From Clostridia bacterium (GTDB lineage: Bacteria > Bacillota > Clostridia > TANB77 > CAG-508): a stretch of DNA of 51,902 nucleotides. The translations under genes and the position numbers were made by a program. The notes below the pieces were generated by a model that was not told where the DNA came from, searched no databases, and saw nothing but the letters and a program-made list of their open reading frames with translations. The stretch is taken from the NCBI GenBank assembly GCA_022797635.1, contig JAAWKZ010000005.1:1-51902 (forward strand). Reading direction: 5' to 3'. The first letter of the stretch is position 1, and the number at the start of each line of letters is the position of its first letter. Shown here piece after piece: positions 11,099-20,893 of the stretch.

Positions 11099-11132
11099 AA
11101 TTATTATATCCCAATTGAAAGGAGCAAAACAA

Positions 11133-11666
11133 ATGGATATGAACAACATGACCTCGTCGACAACTATCGCTATGCAGGAGGACGCCATGTGGGCTGACTA
11201 CTTTGCTGAGCAGGCCGAGCGGATTGCTCGAATTCCTGCGGAAGAAGCCGCCATGTGGGACCAGTACCACGCTGAACAGCAGATGTCTGCCTGGCTTGAG
11301 AGCAGCGAGGATAGGCAAGAAGTCGATACCACAGGAGACTGTGAGGGCGAGGCAGACGATGTCGACCGTTTTGATGTTGATCATTATGGTCGATTCATGA
11401 TTACCAGCACTGGACCCGCCCACATGTATCCTGTCGACAAACCTATCATTAACCCTATCTATGGTCACCCTGCCGATTCTACTGATATTCCCGCCGACGA
11501 TTCTGTCAAAGGAAAGAAAAAGCAGCAACGGACCTCTAAGGACCGGCGCTACGTCCATCTGGTCAAGGCCACTGATCGTGGCAAGGCTCTTGGCAAAACG
11601 CCTGGTAAGAAGGGTAAATCCTATCGCCAGTTGAAGCAGGAAGGAATGCCTCTGGGTAGCGTTTAA
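11133..11666 (+). CDS. GC-rich orphan protein, acidic N-half and Lys-rich C-tail
   Basis: AAAGGAG RBS before ATG 11133, own promoter and terminator; no recognisable motif. Confidence 0.65.
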   Translation: MDMNNMTSSTTIAMQEDAMWADYFAEQAERIARIPAEEAAMWDQYHAEQQMSAWLESSEDRQEVDTTGDCEGEADDVDRFDVDHYGRFMITSTGPAHMYPVDKPIINPIYGHPADSTDIPADDSVKGKKKQQRTSKDRRYVHLVKATDRGKALGKTPGKKGKSYRQLKQEGMPLGSV

Positions 11667-11708
11667 CGCTCCTCCCCTTTTAATACTTTGTGTGAAGGGG
11701 GTGTAAAA

Positions 11709-11745
11709 AGGAAGCCCTGGTGTAAAAGCCAGTGCTTCCTTCTTT
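11709..11745. terminator. Intrinsic terminator between the orphan gene and rarA
   Basis: aggaagccctgg-tgtaaaag-ccagtgcttcct followed by a T-run. Confidence 0.65.
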
Positions 11746-12986
11746 TAATCTATTGTATCATCTGGAATATAATATTTTGTTTCCAACATTTTATCTGGTA
11801 AATACTGTTGTTCTACAACATGTCCTGGGTAGTCATGTGGATATTTATATCCTACTCCATATCCTTCTTTTGCCATTCCCTCTGCTGGAGCATTTCGTAT
11901 GTGCATTGGTATTGTACCTGTATCTTTATTAGCTACATCTTCTAGTGCTTTATTAATTCCTAAATAAGATGCATTTGACTTTTTAGACGTTGCTACATAC
12001 ACTGCAGCCTCTGCTAAAATAATTCTTGCTTCTGGCATTCCAACCATAGTAACTGCCTGCATTGCTGATGTAGCTACTACTAATGCATTTGGATTCGCCA
12101 TTCCTACATCTTCGGCTGCCGCAATCACAATTCTTCTTGCCATAAATACAGGATCTTCCCCTGCATTTAATGCTCTCGCTAGATAGAAAAGTGCCGCATC
12201 TGGATTAGTCCCACGCATAGATTTAATAAATGCGCTAATATTATCATAATGGCTATCTCCACTTTTATCAAATACTGCTTTTCTAGTTTGTACACATTCT
12301 TTTACGATTTCATCTGTTAGTATAATAACACCTTTTTCATTCATTTGCGTAGTTAACACTGCTACTTCTAACCCGTTTAATGCTGTTCTTACATCTCCAT
12401 TAGAAGTTTGCGCTAATTTTCTTAGTGTACTATCTTCTACTTCTATCGTATAACTTACTAATCCCTCAGGTGATACCAAAGACTTTCTTAATACTTGAAA
12501 AATGTCTTCCTCTGTTAATGGCTGTAAATGAAATACCATAGACCTTGAAATTAAAGCCTTATTCACTTCAAAATATGGATTTTCTGTTGTAGCTCCTATT
12601 AAAATAACCGTTCCATTTTCTACAAAAGGAAGTAAAGCATCTTGTTGTAATTTATTAAAACGATGAATCTCGTCAATAAATAAAATACATTTTCCAGATG
12701 GATTCAGTAATACATTTTGTGCTGTTTCAACTGCATTCTTAATATCAGAAACCCCTGAAGTTACAGCATTAATCTTAATAAATTTATATTTAGTAGTATT
12801 ACTAATTACTCTTGCAAGTGAAGTCTTACCACAGCCTGGAGGTCCCCATAGTATGATACTAGAAAGTCTGTCTGCTTTAATGGTGCGGTATAAAATCTTA
12901 TCTTTACCTAATATATGCTCCTGCCCAACATAATCGTCTAATGTTTTTGGGCTCATTCTATAAGCCAGTGGTTTGCTTAAATCCAT
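11745..12986 (-). CDS. rarA: Replication-associated recombination protein A (RarA/MgsA)
   Basis: [30 protein letters not shown] and SAFIKSMRG motifs. Confidence 0.94.
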   Translation of the reverse strand: MDLSKPLAYRMSPKTLDDYVGQEHILGKDKILYRTIKADRLSSIILWGPPGCGKTSLARVISNTTKYKFIKINAVTSGVSDIKNAVETAQNVLLNPSGKCILFIDEIHRFNKLQQDALLPFVENGTVILIGATTENPYFEVNKALISRSMVFHLQPLTEEDIFQVLRKSLVSPEGLVSYTIEVEDSTLRKLAQTSNGDVRTALNGLEVAVLTTQMNEKGVIILTDEIVKECVQTRKAVFDKSGDSHYDNISAFIKSMRGTNPDAALFYLARALNAGEDPVFMARRIVIAAAEDVGMANPNALVVATSAMQAVTMVGMPEARIILAEAAVYVATSKKSNASYLGINKALEDVANKDTGTIPMHIRNAPAEGMAKEGYGVGYKYPHDYPGHVVEQQYLPDKMLETKYYIPDDTID

Positions 12987-12989
12987 AAT

Positions 12990-13604
12990 CTATACTCCTT
13001 TTGCTAAGTTTCCCAATCCTTTACGAATAATATCTTCTACACTCAAAGATTTCATATCCACTTTTTCTAAAGCTTGTACAATCTCTTTTTTGCTATAGCC
13101 TAGTACCTGTAATGCACTTACAGCTTCTGACACCTTCTCGTCTTCTAATATTGCTTCTTGGAAAGAACTTTCCTCCTCTGTTGATACTGCAATTTCTTGT
13201 TCCTTCTTTAATTTATCTTTTAGCTCTAGAATAGTTCTCTGAGCTGTTTTTGGACCAATTCCTGGTAATTTCTTTAGCATTCCCACATCATTGCTAATTA
13301 CTGCTAATGCAAATTGAGATGGTGTTATATTAGACAGAATCGTTAAAGCTCCCTTTGCTCCTATTCCACTAACACTTAACAATAGCTCAAACATTCTCAA
13401 TTCTTCATTGGTTAAAAATCCGTATAGGCTAACATCATCTTCTCTTACTCTCATAAATGTAAAAATTTTAACTTTTTCTCCTACTGCCCCTAACTTTTCT
13501 ATTGTAGATTCTGGCATAAATATTTTATATCCTATTCCATTAGTTTCTACTACAATATATCCTTTTGTTTTAATTTCTAAAGATCCCTTTACATATGCTA
13601 ACAT
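12990..13604 (-). CDS. ruvA: Holliday junction DNA-binding protein RuvA
   Basis: VREDDVSLYGF and HhH motifs VSGIGAKGA, LPGIGPKTAQR; ATG 13604 after AAGGAG. Confidence 0.95.
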   Translation of the reverse strand: MLAYVKGSLEIKTKGYIVVETNGIGYKIFMPESTIEKLGAVGEKVKIFTFMRVREDDVSLYGFLTNEELRMFELLLSVSGIGAKGALTILSNITPSQFALAVISNDVGMLKKLPGIGPKTAQRTILELKDKLKKEQEIAVSTEEESSFQEAILEDEKVSEAVSALQVLGYSKKEIVQALEKVDMKSLSVEDIIRKGLGNLAKGV

Positions 13605-13745
13605 AATTTTCTCCTTGTTTGTATTTTGATTTATTTTATCATAACTAAAAAAATTTGCAAGCATTTATTGCAAATTTTTGTTTGTTTCGTATTGACCCTA
13701 TCTTTTTTTAATGGTATACTTTAAACTGTTAAAGGAGTATACATT

Positions 13746-14435
13746 ATGGATAATTGGTTAAATCGTACAGAATATCTAATTGGAAAAAAATCTATTGAGA
13801 AATTAAAAAACGCTCATGTAGCTATTTTGGGGTTGGGAGGCGTTGGTTCTTATACCATTGAAGCTCTTGCTCGTAGTGGTATTGGTCATCTTACTTTAGT
13901 TGACAAAGATGTTGTTGATATAACAAATATCAATCGTCAATTAATTGCTGATACTACAACCGTTGGTAAACTTAAAGTTGATATTGCAAAAGAAAGATTA
14001 CTAAAAATCAATCCTAATTTAGAAATTAGCACTTATCCAACTTTTTACAATAGCACAAAAGCTGAAGAGTTTTTTGCTATTTCTTATGATTATATTATAG
14101 ACGCTATTGATACTGTAAGTTCTAAACTTTCTTTAGTAGAAGAAGCATTTAAACGCCATATTCCTATCATTTCTTGTATGGGAACAGGCAACAAACTAGA
14201 CCCTACTCAATTTGAAGTATCAGATATCACTAAAACTTCTGTATGTCCTCTTGCTAAGGTTATGCGAAAAGAACTAAAAGAACGTGGCATACCTCATTTA
14301 AAAGTAGTATATTCTAAAGAAATTCCTAAGCGCTTTGATGAAGAACATAAACAAACACCTGCTAGTATTAGCTTTGTTCCTTCTGTCGCTGGTCTAATTT
14401 TAGCTAGTGAAGTAATTAAAGATTTAATCAAATAA
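13746..14435 (+). CDS. tcdA: tRNA threonylcarbamoyladenosine dehydratase (ThiF family)
   Basis: GLGGVGS, TNINRQ, NKLDPT and CPLAKVMRKELK motifs. Confidence 0.85.
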   Translation: MDNWLNRTEYLIGKKSIEKLKNAHVAILGLGGVGSYTIEALARSGIGHLTLVDKDVVDITNINRQLIADTTTVGKLKVDIAKERLLKINPNLEISTYPTFYNSTKAEEFFAISYDYIIDAIDTVSSKLSLVEEAFKRHIPIISCMGTGNKLDPTQFEVSDITKTSVCPLAKVMRKELKERGIPHLKVVYSKEIPKRFDEEHKQTPASISFVPSVAGLILASEVIKDLIK

Positions 14436-14569
14436 TACATTTTATCTACTTTTATGGACTAATAGGCTAATTAATTAGACTAATTTTGCAAAAATCCTTG
14501 TATTTTTTTTCATTCTGTGTTAATATAGTTAATAGTCGATTTAAGATTTCACATAGGAGGTGCAATTCA

Positions 14570-14767
14570 ATGGCAAAATGTGATATTTGTGGAAAAACAT
14601 TATCTCATGGAAATAAAATTAGTATCGCTCGTTCTCACGTTAGTAGAAGAGCTACTAGAACATTTAAGCCAAATCTAAGAAGAGTAAAAGCAGTTATTAA
14701 TGGACAATCAAAAACAATTCATGCTTGTTCAAAATGTTTACGTTCTGGAAAAGTTGTTAGAGCTTAA
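14570..14767 (+). CDS. rpmB: 50S ribosomal protein L28
   Basis: MAKCDICGK...RTFKPNL...CSKCLRSGKV; AGGAGG RBS. Confidence 0.95.
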   Translation: MAKCDICGKTLSHGNKISIARSHVSRRATRTFKPNLRRVKAVINGQSKTIHACSKCLRSGKVVRA

Positions 14768-14880
14768 TTATTACTATGAGTAATTTGAAAATAAAAAATT
14801 ATTATATGTTTTAACAAAAATGAGACTATTTTAGAAATAGCCTCTTTTCTTGTTATATTCATCATACATATTTTTATGTA

Positions 14881-14958
14881 CTACTTTTCTTTAATTCCAA
14901 ATAGGAGCTTCACTATTCCCCTTAAACACTTTGGAACTTTCTTTACAACAATTGTCAT
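14881..14958 (-). CDS. spoVM: Stage V sporulation protein M (25 aa); not in ORF track
   Basis: MTIVVKKVPKCLRGIVKLLFGIKEK, amphipathic helix with Pro9; strong RBS; convergent with rpmB as in Bacillus. Confidence 0.75.
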   Translation of the reverse strand: MTIVVKKVPKCLRGIVKLLFGIKEK

Positions 14959-15005
14959 TTCTATTCCCTCCCCTTTTGTCAAATTTTAGATAAACTATCT
15001 TCTTC

Positions 15006-15158
15006 TCATTTACAAGATAGCCATGCAAGCCCAACAATTACAACAGCAATTCCTATAGCAAATAGCCAGCCTGATATAGGAAGTAATAAAACTAGTAAAA
15101 TTCCAAGACCTAATCCTATTAAACATACCCCTAGTGTCTTTTTTAGTGCACACAACAT
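15006..15158 (-). CDS. 50-aa two-TM small protein; not in ORF track
   Basis: AGGAGG RBS; MLCALKKTLGVCFIGLGLGILLVLLLPISGWLFAIGIAVVIVGLAWLSCK. Confidence 0.7.
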   Translation of the reverse strand: MLCALKKTLGVCLIGLGLGILLVLLLPISGWLFAIGIAVVIVGLAWLSCK

Positions 15159-15332
15159 AATATTTTATCCTCCTATCTTCTATATTAATATTATATTCTC
15201 TTTCTTGTTATTGGTTACCTATTTATGTTCTCTATTCATTTCACAAGCTTATCCTATTAAAATATTTACTTTTTCTTTGCAAACTGTTATACTATTATTA
15301 AATCTTATAACGCTTGAAAGGTATGAATCATT

Positions 15333-15962
15333 ATGAAAAAAGAACAAGTAATTGAAATTTTCGAAATATTAAAAAAAGAATATCCAGATGCACAATGTAG
15401 TTTGAATTTTAACAGCCCATTTGAAATGATGATAGCAGTTATGCTTTCTGCGCAATGTACAGACGAAAGAGTAAACAAAGTAACTGCTGAATTTTTCCCT
15501 CATTATCATACCCCCCAAGATTTCTCAGATATGTCACTAGAAAAAATTGAAAGTCTCATTCATTCTTGTGGCTTTTATCATAATAAGGCTAAAAATATGA
15601 AGCTTGCTTCTCAAAAAATTCTAAAAGACTTTAAAGGTGAAGTTCCTCATACTATGAATGAACTAATATCTATTCCTGGAGTTGGTAGAAAAAGTGCCAA
15701 TGTCGTTATGCTAGAGGCATTTAATGACCCACAAGGAATTGCGGTAGATACTCATGCTAAAAGATTATCTAATCGTATTGGATTTTCTAAGAAAAGTGAA
15801 CCTGAGAAAATTGAGCAAGATTTATTGAAACTAATTCCAAAAGAATATTGGAAAGATGCCAACCACATTTTAATTTGGCATGGCAGAAATATCTGCAAAT
15901 CACAAAATCCACAATGTGAAAAATGTGCAGTCCGTCACTTGTGTCAAAATCCTATCAAATAA
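15333..15962 (+). CDS. nth: Endonuclease III
   Basis: LSAQCTD, PGVGRKSANV, AVDTH and C-terminal 4Fe-4S Cys cluster. Confidence 0.95.
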   Translation: MKKEQVIEIFEILKKEYPDAQCSLNFNSPFEMMIAVMLSAQCTDERVNKVTAEFFPHYHTPQDFSDMSLEKIESLIHSCGFYHNKAKNMKLASQKILKDFKGEVPHTMNELISIPGVGRKSANVVMLEAFNDPQGIAVDTHAKRLSNRIGFSKKSEPEKIEQDLLKLIPKEYWKDANHILIWHGRNICKSQNPQCEKCAVRHLCQNPIK

Positions 15963-15978
15963 TTTATAAAAAAACAAT

Positions 15979-16007
15979 GAATATTTTTTATCTAAATTTC
16001 CATACTA
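15979..16007 (+). promoter_or_regulatory. SigG-like forespore promoter
   Basis: GAATA, 17 nt, CATACTA upstream of the small Cys-rich ORF. Confidence 0.5.
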
Positions 16008-16028
16008 AGTTATTAGAAGGTGATTGTT

Positions 16029-16178
16029 TTGACTAATATTAATTGTTCTGAGAATTGTAAATATCAAAAAGATGGCAACTGTACTTTTGAAAATATTAAT
16101 CAAAAGAAAATGACATCTCATACAGATTGTGCTTATTTTACGCCTAAAACTACTACTTCTTGTTTCTCTAAAAAATAG
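16029..16178 (+). CDS. 49-aa Cys-rich small protein; not in ORF track
   Basis: AAGGTG RBS, TTG start; MTNINCSENCKYQKDGNCTFEN...DCAYFTPK. Confidence 0.6.
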   Translation: MTNINCSENCKYQKDGNCTFENINQKKMTSHTDCAYFTPKTTTSCFSKK

Positions 16179-16252
16179 ATTTTTATTTGACTTCCCTAAT
16201 TTTTTGGTATATAGTAAACTTATTCTACTAAAAAATTAAGGAGGTTTTTTAT

Positions 16253-17350
16253 ATGCAATTCACAAAGAAATTAACATTTTTGCTACTAACTTTTCTATTA
16301 TTTCTTTCTCCTTTTGTCTGTGCAACCAATAAAGCTGTAGCATCAACTCCCAAAACTACAAATGAAACAATCAAAGTTTTTAATACTGATTTATATCTTG
16401 GCGGTCAAGATGTCGTAGTTAGCGATGCAGTAAATGGCAATGTTTTTACCTTCGGCTCTACTGTTACTATTAAGGGAGAAATTTTAGGAGACATTTTCGT
16501 CTTAGCAAAATCACTTACTATTAGTGAAACTGCAACTATTCATGGTAATATATTTGTTCTTGCTAATGATATGACAATTAATGGAAAAGTAAATTATGAT
16601 GTATACTTTATAGGACAAGATTTTGAGCTTTCAGCTAAAGCCTATATCAATCGTGATATCAGAATTTTTGCAGCTAATGCAAAATTATATGGTTCTATCA
16701 AAAAAGATGCTTTTCTTTTTGTTGATAATATTTTAATGAATGACAATGGCGAAAATGTTATTGGTGGAAATTTACATTACACTAGCGATAAAGAATTTAC
16801 TTTTCCTGAAAAAGCAATTATGGGTAATGTAAAATATACTCAATATCAAACTCATACTCTTACTACTGGTGAAATTATTTTAAAATATGTAAAACAATTT
16901 ATCTCTGATATTTCACTTGTTATCATTATTATTTTGTTTGCTATTTTCCTAGCTCCTAAATTTATTGATAAAATAAATTATGCTTTAATGAAAAGACCAT
17001 TTATCAGTAGCGGCATTGGTATTTTATCTATTGTTTTAATTCCTGTGTTAGCTCTATTCTTACTTTTTACAGGATTTTTAACATCTTTGTCTATTGTAAT
17101 AGCTGTGCTTTATGGTTTAATTTTAACAATTAGCCTTTCTCTCTTCAGTTTAGCCATTGCAAAGTCACTTTCAGAAAAATGGAATATGACTTCAAAAGGA
17201 AAGTTCATTTTATTATCTATTTTATCAGCAATTGTATTATGGTTTGCTAAACGCATTCCAGTTCTTGGTACATATGTATCTCTATTTATTACTGTAGTAG
17301 GATTAGGAATGTTTATAACATCATTTATAAAAGTGAAAGAAAAAAATTAA
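16253..17350 (+). CDS. Membrane protein with bactofilin-like beta-helical repeats
   Basis: Signal peptide, repeated GN/DIFV-A-x-I-x-G units, C-terminal multi-TM region. Confidence 0.65.
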   Translation: MQFTKKLTFLLLTFLLFLSPFVCATNKAVASTPKTTNETIKVFNTDLYLGGQDVVVSDAVNGNVFTFGSTVTIKGEILGDIFVLAKSLTISETATIHGNIFVLANDMTINGKVNYDVYFIGQDFELSAKAYINRDIRIFAANAKLYGSIKKDAFLFVDNILMNDNGENVIGGNLHYTSDKEFTFPEKAIMGNVKYTQYQTHTLTTGEIILKYVKQFISDISLVIIIILFAIFLAPKFIDKINYALMKRPFISSGIGILSIVLIPVLALFLLFTGFLTSLSIVIAVLYGLILTISLSLFSLAIAKSLSEKWNMTSKGKFILLSILSAIVLWFAKRIPVLGTYVSLFITVVGLGMFITSFIKVKEKN

Positions 17351-17409
17351 ATTTTTAATCAAAAAAATCCTAATATAAAAACACATTATATTAGGATTTT
17401 TTATTTAAT

Positions 17410-18069
17410 TTATTTTCTTAATTTCTCTACTACACTTGCATAATTGTCAGAATCTGTAATAGCGCTACCTGAAACAATAATATCTGCTCCTGCTTCTTTC
17501 ACATAGGCTACTGTCTCTAAATTAATTCCACCATCAGCTTCAATATCCACTTCTATTTGCTTTTCTTGCACATATTTTTTTAATGCTCGTATCTTTTCTA
17601 CCGTTTTAGGAATCAATTCTTGTCTTCCTTGTCCTGGTTCTACTGTCATAACTAATACCAAATGAATAAATGGTAAAAATTCTGCTACTTCTTCAATTTT
17701 AGTATCTGGCTTTACTGAAATTCCAACTCTAACATTATTTTCTTTAATGATATTTATCCATTCCATTACTTGTTCTTTGTCTTTTGCCGCTTCTAAATGG
17801 AAAGTTATAATATTCGGTTCAAATACTAAAAAACTAGAAATATAACTTGGTATATCTTTTACCATTAAATGAACATCTAATGGTAAATTAGAAATACTAC
17901 TTAAATACTCACAATATTCTGTCATTCTGCTTGTTGTGTTATTTTCTACAAATTCTCCATCCATAACATCAATGTGAAAATAATCTATTTTGGCTGTTTC
18001 CAAATTATATAATGTTTGAATTGTATTTTCGCTTTTTAAGCTTAAAAGTGATGCTGAAACTTCTACCAT
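17410..18069 (-). CDS. rpe: Ribulose-phosphate 3-epimerase
   Basis: HIDVMDG, DVHLMV, MTVEPG and DGGIN motifs; ATG 18069 after GGAGG. Confidence 0.93.
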   Translation of the reverse strand: MVEVSASLLSLKSENTIQTLYNLETAKIDYFHIDVMDGEFVENNTTSRMTEYCEYLSSISNLPLDVHLMVKDIPSYISSFLVFEPNIITFHLEAAKDKEQVMEWINIIKENNVRVGISVKPDTKIEEVAEFLPFIHLVLVMTVEPGQGRQELIPKTVEKIRALKKYVQEKQIEVDIEADGGINLETVAYVKEAGADIIVSGSAITDSDNYASVVEKLRK

Positions 18070-18132
18070 ATCTATTCCTCCATTTATCACGAAACCCTAA
18101 ATAAAATTATTTAGGGTTTCACTTATTTAAAA

Positions 18133-20112
18133 TTAATCAATCACTAAAGTTGGATTCTCTACTGATAAATCAAATTGTACTTCTTTTCTCTTTACTTCAT
18201 CTACAAATATTTTTACTGTAACAGTTCCCTTTCCTGAAGCTGTTGCTGTAATATCTGTGCTATCTTTACGTGATGTATCTCTATATACAGTATCACCACC
18301 AACTTCGATTCTTAAGTTTACTGTGCTATTTATTTCAGCTCCTGTTTCTGGATCTGTATCAATGGTACTATCTGCGCCTAATAAAGATTTTAGGTTTAGT
18401 TTAATAGTTCCTGTTTTGATTGCCTCAATACGATTGACAGTAATGGTTATCTTCGTTCCTTCATCAACACTTTCTCCTGCATCAATACTTTGTTTTAGAA
18501 CTTTTCCATTTACTTTTGTTGTATCTTCTTCATAAACAACAGTTACTTCTAAATCAGATAATTTCTTTTTCGCGCTGCTTTCTGTTTCTCCAATGACATA
18601 TGGAATATTTACCTTTTTAATTCCTGTTCCAATGCTAACATAAACTTTTACTTTATCACCAGTTTCTATTTCCTCTCCTTCTTCTGGATCTTGTTTTGTA
18701 ACATAATCTTTTTCAACAGTTTTGCTAGTTTCTTCTATCTTTTCTACTTCCAATTTCATCTCTTCTAATAGTTCTTTTGCTTCGTCAAATTTCATGCCTA
18801 CTACTTTTTTCATTTCAACTTTTTCAACACCTAAACTAACAATAAGCTTGATAGTAGAATTTTCATCTACTGTTTTTCCTTCACTATATGGAGGCTCTTG
18901 TGAAATAATTTTTCCTTCTTCTACTTCTTTATCATGTACTTCTTCTATTTCAATATTAACCTTATCATTTTTATATGCAGCTTTTGCTTCATCAACTGTC
19001 ATGTTTTTCACATCTTTTAACGCTACCTGTGGCACTTTTCCACCATCTAAAATAAGTTTAGTAGCTCCATATCCAATTAGTGGAATTAATACAATAATTG
19101 CTATTGCAATCACTGTTATCCATACTTTCTTAGCAGTTGGATGCTGAGCAAAATAAGTTGCTAATTTTCCTTTTTTCTTTTTATCAGTCGTCTTTCTCGT
19201 CTTTTCTTCCTCCATTTCATCATTTAAACTTGGAATTCTTTGAGTATATTGCATGGTTTCACTATTTCTTTTTACAAAATTCCCTTCAGGATCTTTTAAT
19301 GACATACTTAAATCTTTTAGCATTTCAGTTGCTGACTGGTATCTTAAGCTAATCTCTTTTTCCATTGCTTTCATAATAATTTTATTAATTGCCAAAGGAA
19401 TAGAAGGATTTAATTTGATTGGCTCTACTGGTTTTTCTTGCATATGCTTTAGTGCAATAGATACTGGTGTATCTGCATCAAAAGGTACTCTACCTGTTAG
19501 CATTTCATACATCACAACTCCTAATGAGTAGATATCTGATTTAGCATCTGTATACCCCCCACGTGCATGCTCTGGTGAGAAATAATGAACAGAACCAATA
19601 GTTGTTCCAAATGCTGTAATTGTAGAATTTGAAACTGCTTTTGCAATTCCAAAATCTGTTACTTTTGCAATTCCCTCTTCTGTGATAATAATATTATGTG
19701 GTTTGATATCTCTATGTACAATATTATTTCTATGAGCCATTTCTAAAGCTGACGCTACTTGGATAGCAATGTTAACAGACCATTTCCAAGGAAGTACACC
19801 ATCTTCATTAATGATTTCTTTTAATGTTTTTCCTTGTACTAATTCCATAACAATATAGTAGATATTTTCTTCTTGTCCTACATCATAAATGGATACAATA
19901 TTTGGATGAGTCAAACTTGCTGCTGACTGTGCTTCCGAATTAAATCTTTTTATAAATTCGTCATCTGTTGTAAATTCGTCTCTTAAAACTTTAACGGCAA
20001 CATAACGCTTTAAGATATTACATCTTGCTTTATATACAGTTGCCATACCGCCTTCTCCAATTTTTTCTAGAATTTCATAACGGTTTCCTATTACTTTACC
20101 AACTAAATTCAT
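18133..20112 (-). CDS. prkC: PASTA-domain Ser/Thr kinase PrkC/PknB
   Basis: GEGGMATVY, HRDIKPHN and DFG motifs, TM helix, three PASTA repeats. Confidence 0.95.
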   Translation of the reverse strand: MNLVGKVIGNRYEILEKIGEGGMATVYKARCNILKRYVAVKVLRDEFTTDDEFIKRFNSEAQSAASLTHPNIVSIYDVGQEENIYYIVMELVQGKTLKEIINEDGVLPWKWSVNIAIQVASALEMAHRNNIVHRDIKPHNIIITEEGIAKVTDFGIAKAVSNSTITAFGTTIGSVHYFSPEHARGGYTDAKSDIYSLGVVMYEMLTGRVPFDADTPVSIALKHMQEKPVEPIKLNPSIPLAINKIIMKAMEKEISLRYQSATEMLKDLSMSLKDPEGNFVKRNSETMQYTQRIPSLNDEMEEEKTRKTTDKKKKGKLATYFAQHPTAKKVWITVIAIAIIVLIPLIGYGATKLILDGGKVPQVALKDVKNMTVDEAKAAYKNDKVNIEIEEVHDKEVEEGKIISQEPPYSEGKTVDENSTIKLIVSLGVEKVEMKKVVGMKFDEAKELLEEMKLEVEKIEETSKTVEKDYVTKQDPEEGEEIETGDKVKVYVSIGTGIKKVNIPYVIGETESSAKKKLSDLEVTVVYEEDTTKVNGKVLKQSIDAGESVDEGTKITITVNRIEAIKTGTIKLNLKSLLGADSTIDTDPETGAEINSTVNLRIEVGGDTVYRDTSRKDSTDITATASGKGTVTVKIFVDEVKRKEVQFDLSVENPTLVID

Positions 20113-20125
20113 ATGTTTCTCTCCT

Positions 20126-20851
20126 CTATTTTATTGTTACCACTGTGATATTATCATATCCGCCTGCTTCATTTGCTAAATCTACTAATACTTTTGGTGC
20201 TATTTCCGGATTTTCTTTTACCACTTTATATATGTCTTTTTCATCTACCATATTGGTTAATCCATCTGAGCACATTACTAAAATGTCTCCCACTTCATAA
20301 TTTCTAGCCCTTAAATCTGGCTCTACATATGCTGTACAGCCAAGTGCTTTTGTTAACATATTCTTTTTTGGATGATGATTTGCCTCTTCTCTCGTAATTT
20401 TACCATCCTCTACTAATTGTTGTACATAACTATGGTCTTTTGTTAACTTTCTAATAATTTCTCCTCTAATGCGGTATACTCTACTATCACCAACGTGTCC
20501 TATATATACTTTACTATTATATATGAAGCAAATGTCCAAAGTAGTACCCATTCCTTCTAAATTTGGTTCTTGTTTTGATTTTTCAAAAACTACCATATTA
20601 GCATATTCAATTGCATTTTTGATTAATTCTATAATTGCTTCCTTGTTATGCTCAATTTGGCCAAAATTATTTTCTATATAACTTTTAGCCGATTCTATAG
20701 CAAGTTTACTTGCTACTTCTCCGCCATTATATCCGCCCATTCCATCTGCTAAGATAAACAATTGCAAATCATCATCTGAATTTGGAATAAAATAATAATC
20801 TTGATTAATTTCTCTTGCTTTGCCAATATCTGATTTAGCAAAACCTATCAT
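20126..20851 (-). CDS. stp: PP2C Ser/Thr phosphatase Stp1/PrpC
   Basis: ADGMGG, GDSR, CSDGL and GGYDNIT motifs. Confidence 0.93.
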   Translation of the reverse strand: MIGFAKSDIGKAREINQDYYFIPNSDDDLQLFILADGMGGYNGGEVASKLAIESAKSYIENNFGQIEHNKEAIIELIKNAIEYANMVVFEKSKQEPNLEGMGTTLDICFIYNSKVYIGHVGDSRVYRIRGEIIRKLTKDHSYVQQLVEDGKITREEANHHPKKNMLTKALGCTAYVEPDLRARNYEVGDILVMCSDGLTNMVDEKDIYKVVKENPEIAPKVLVDLANEAGGYDNITVVTIK

Positions 20852-20893
20852 ACACTTTTTCCTCCCGCTATTTTATATTTAAGTTTGCTTTTA

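Noticed and set aside
11037-11558. Antisense 173-aa ORF as the real gene
   Set aside because: Promoter, RBS and terminator all favour the plus-strand ORF; GC-rich DNA has few stops.
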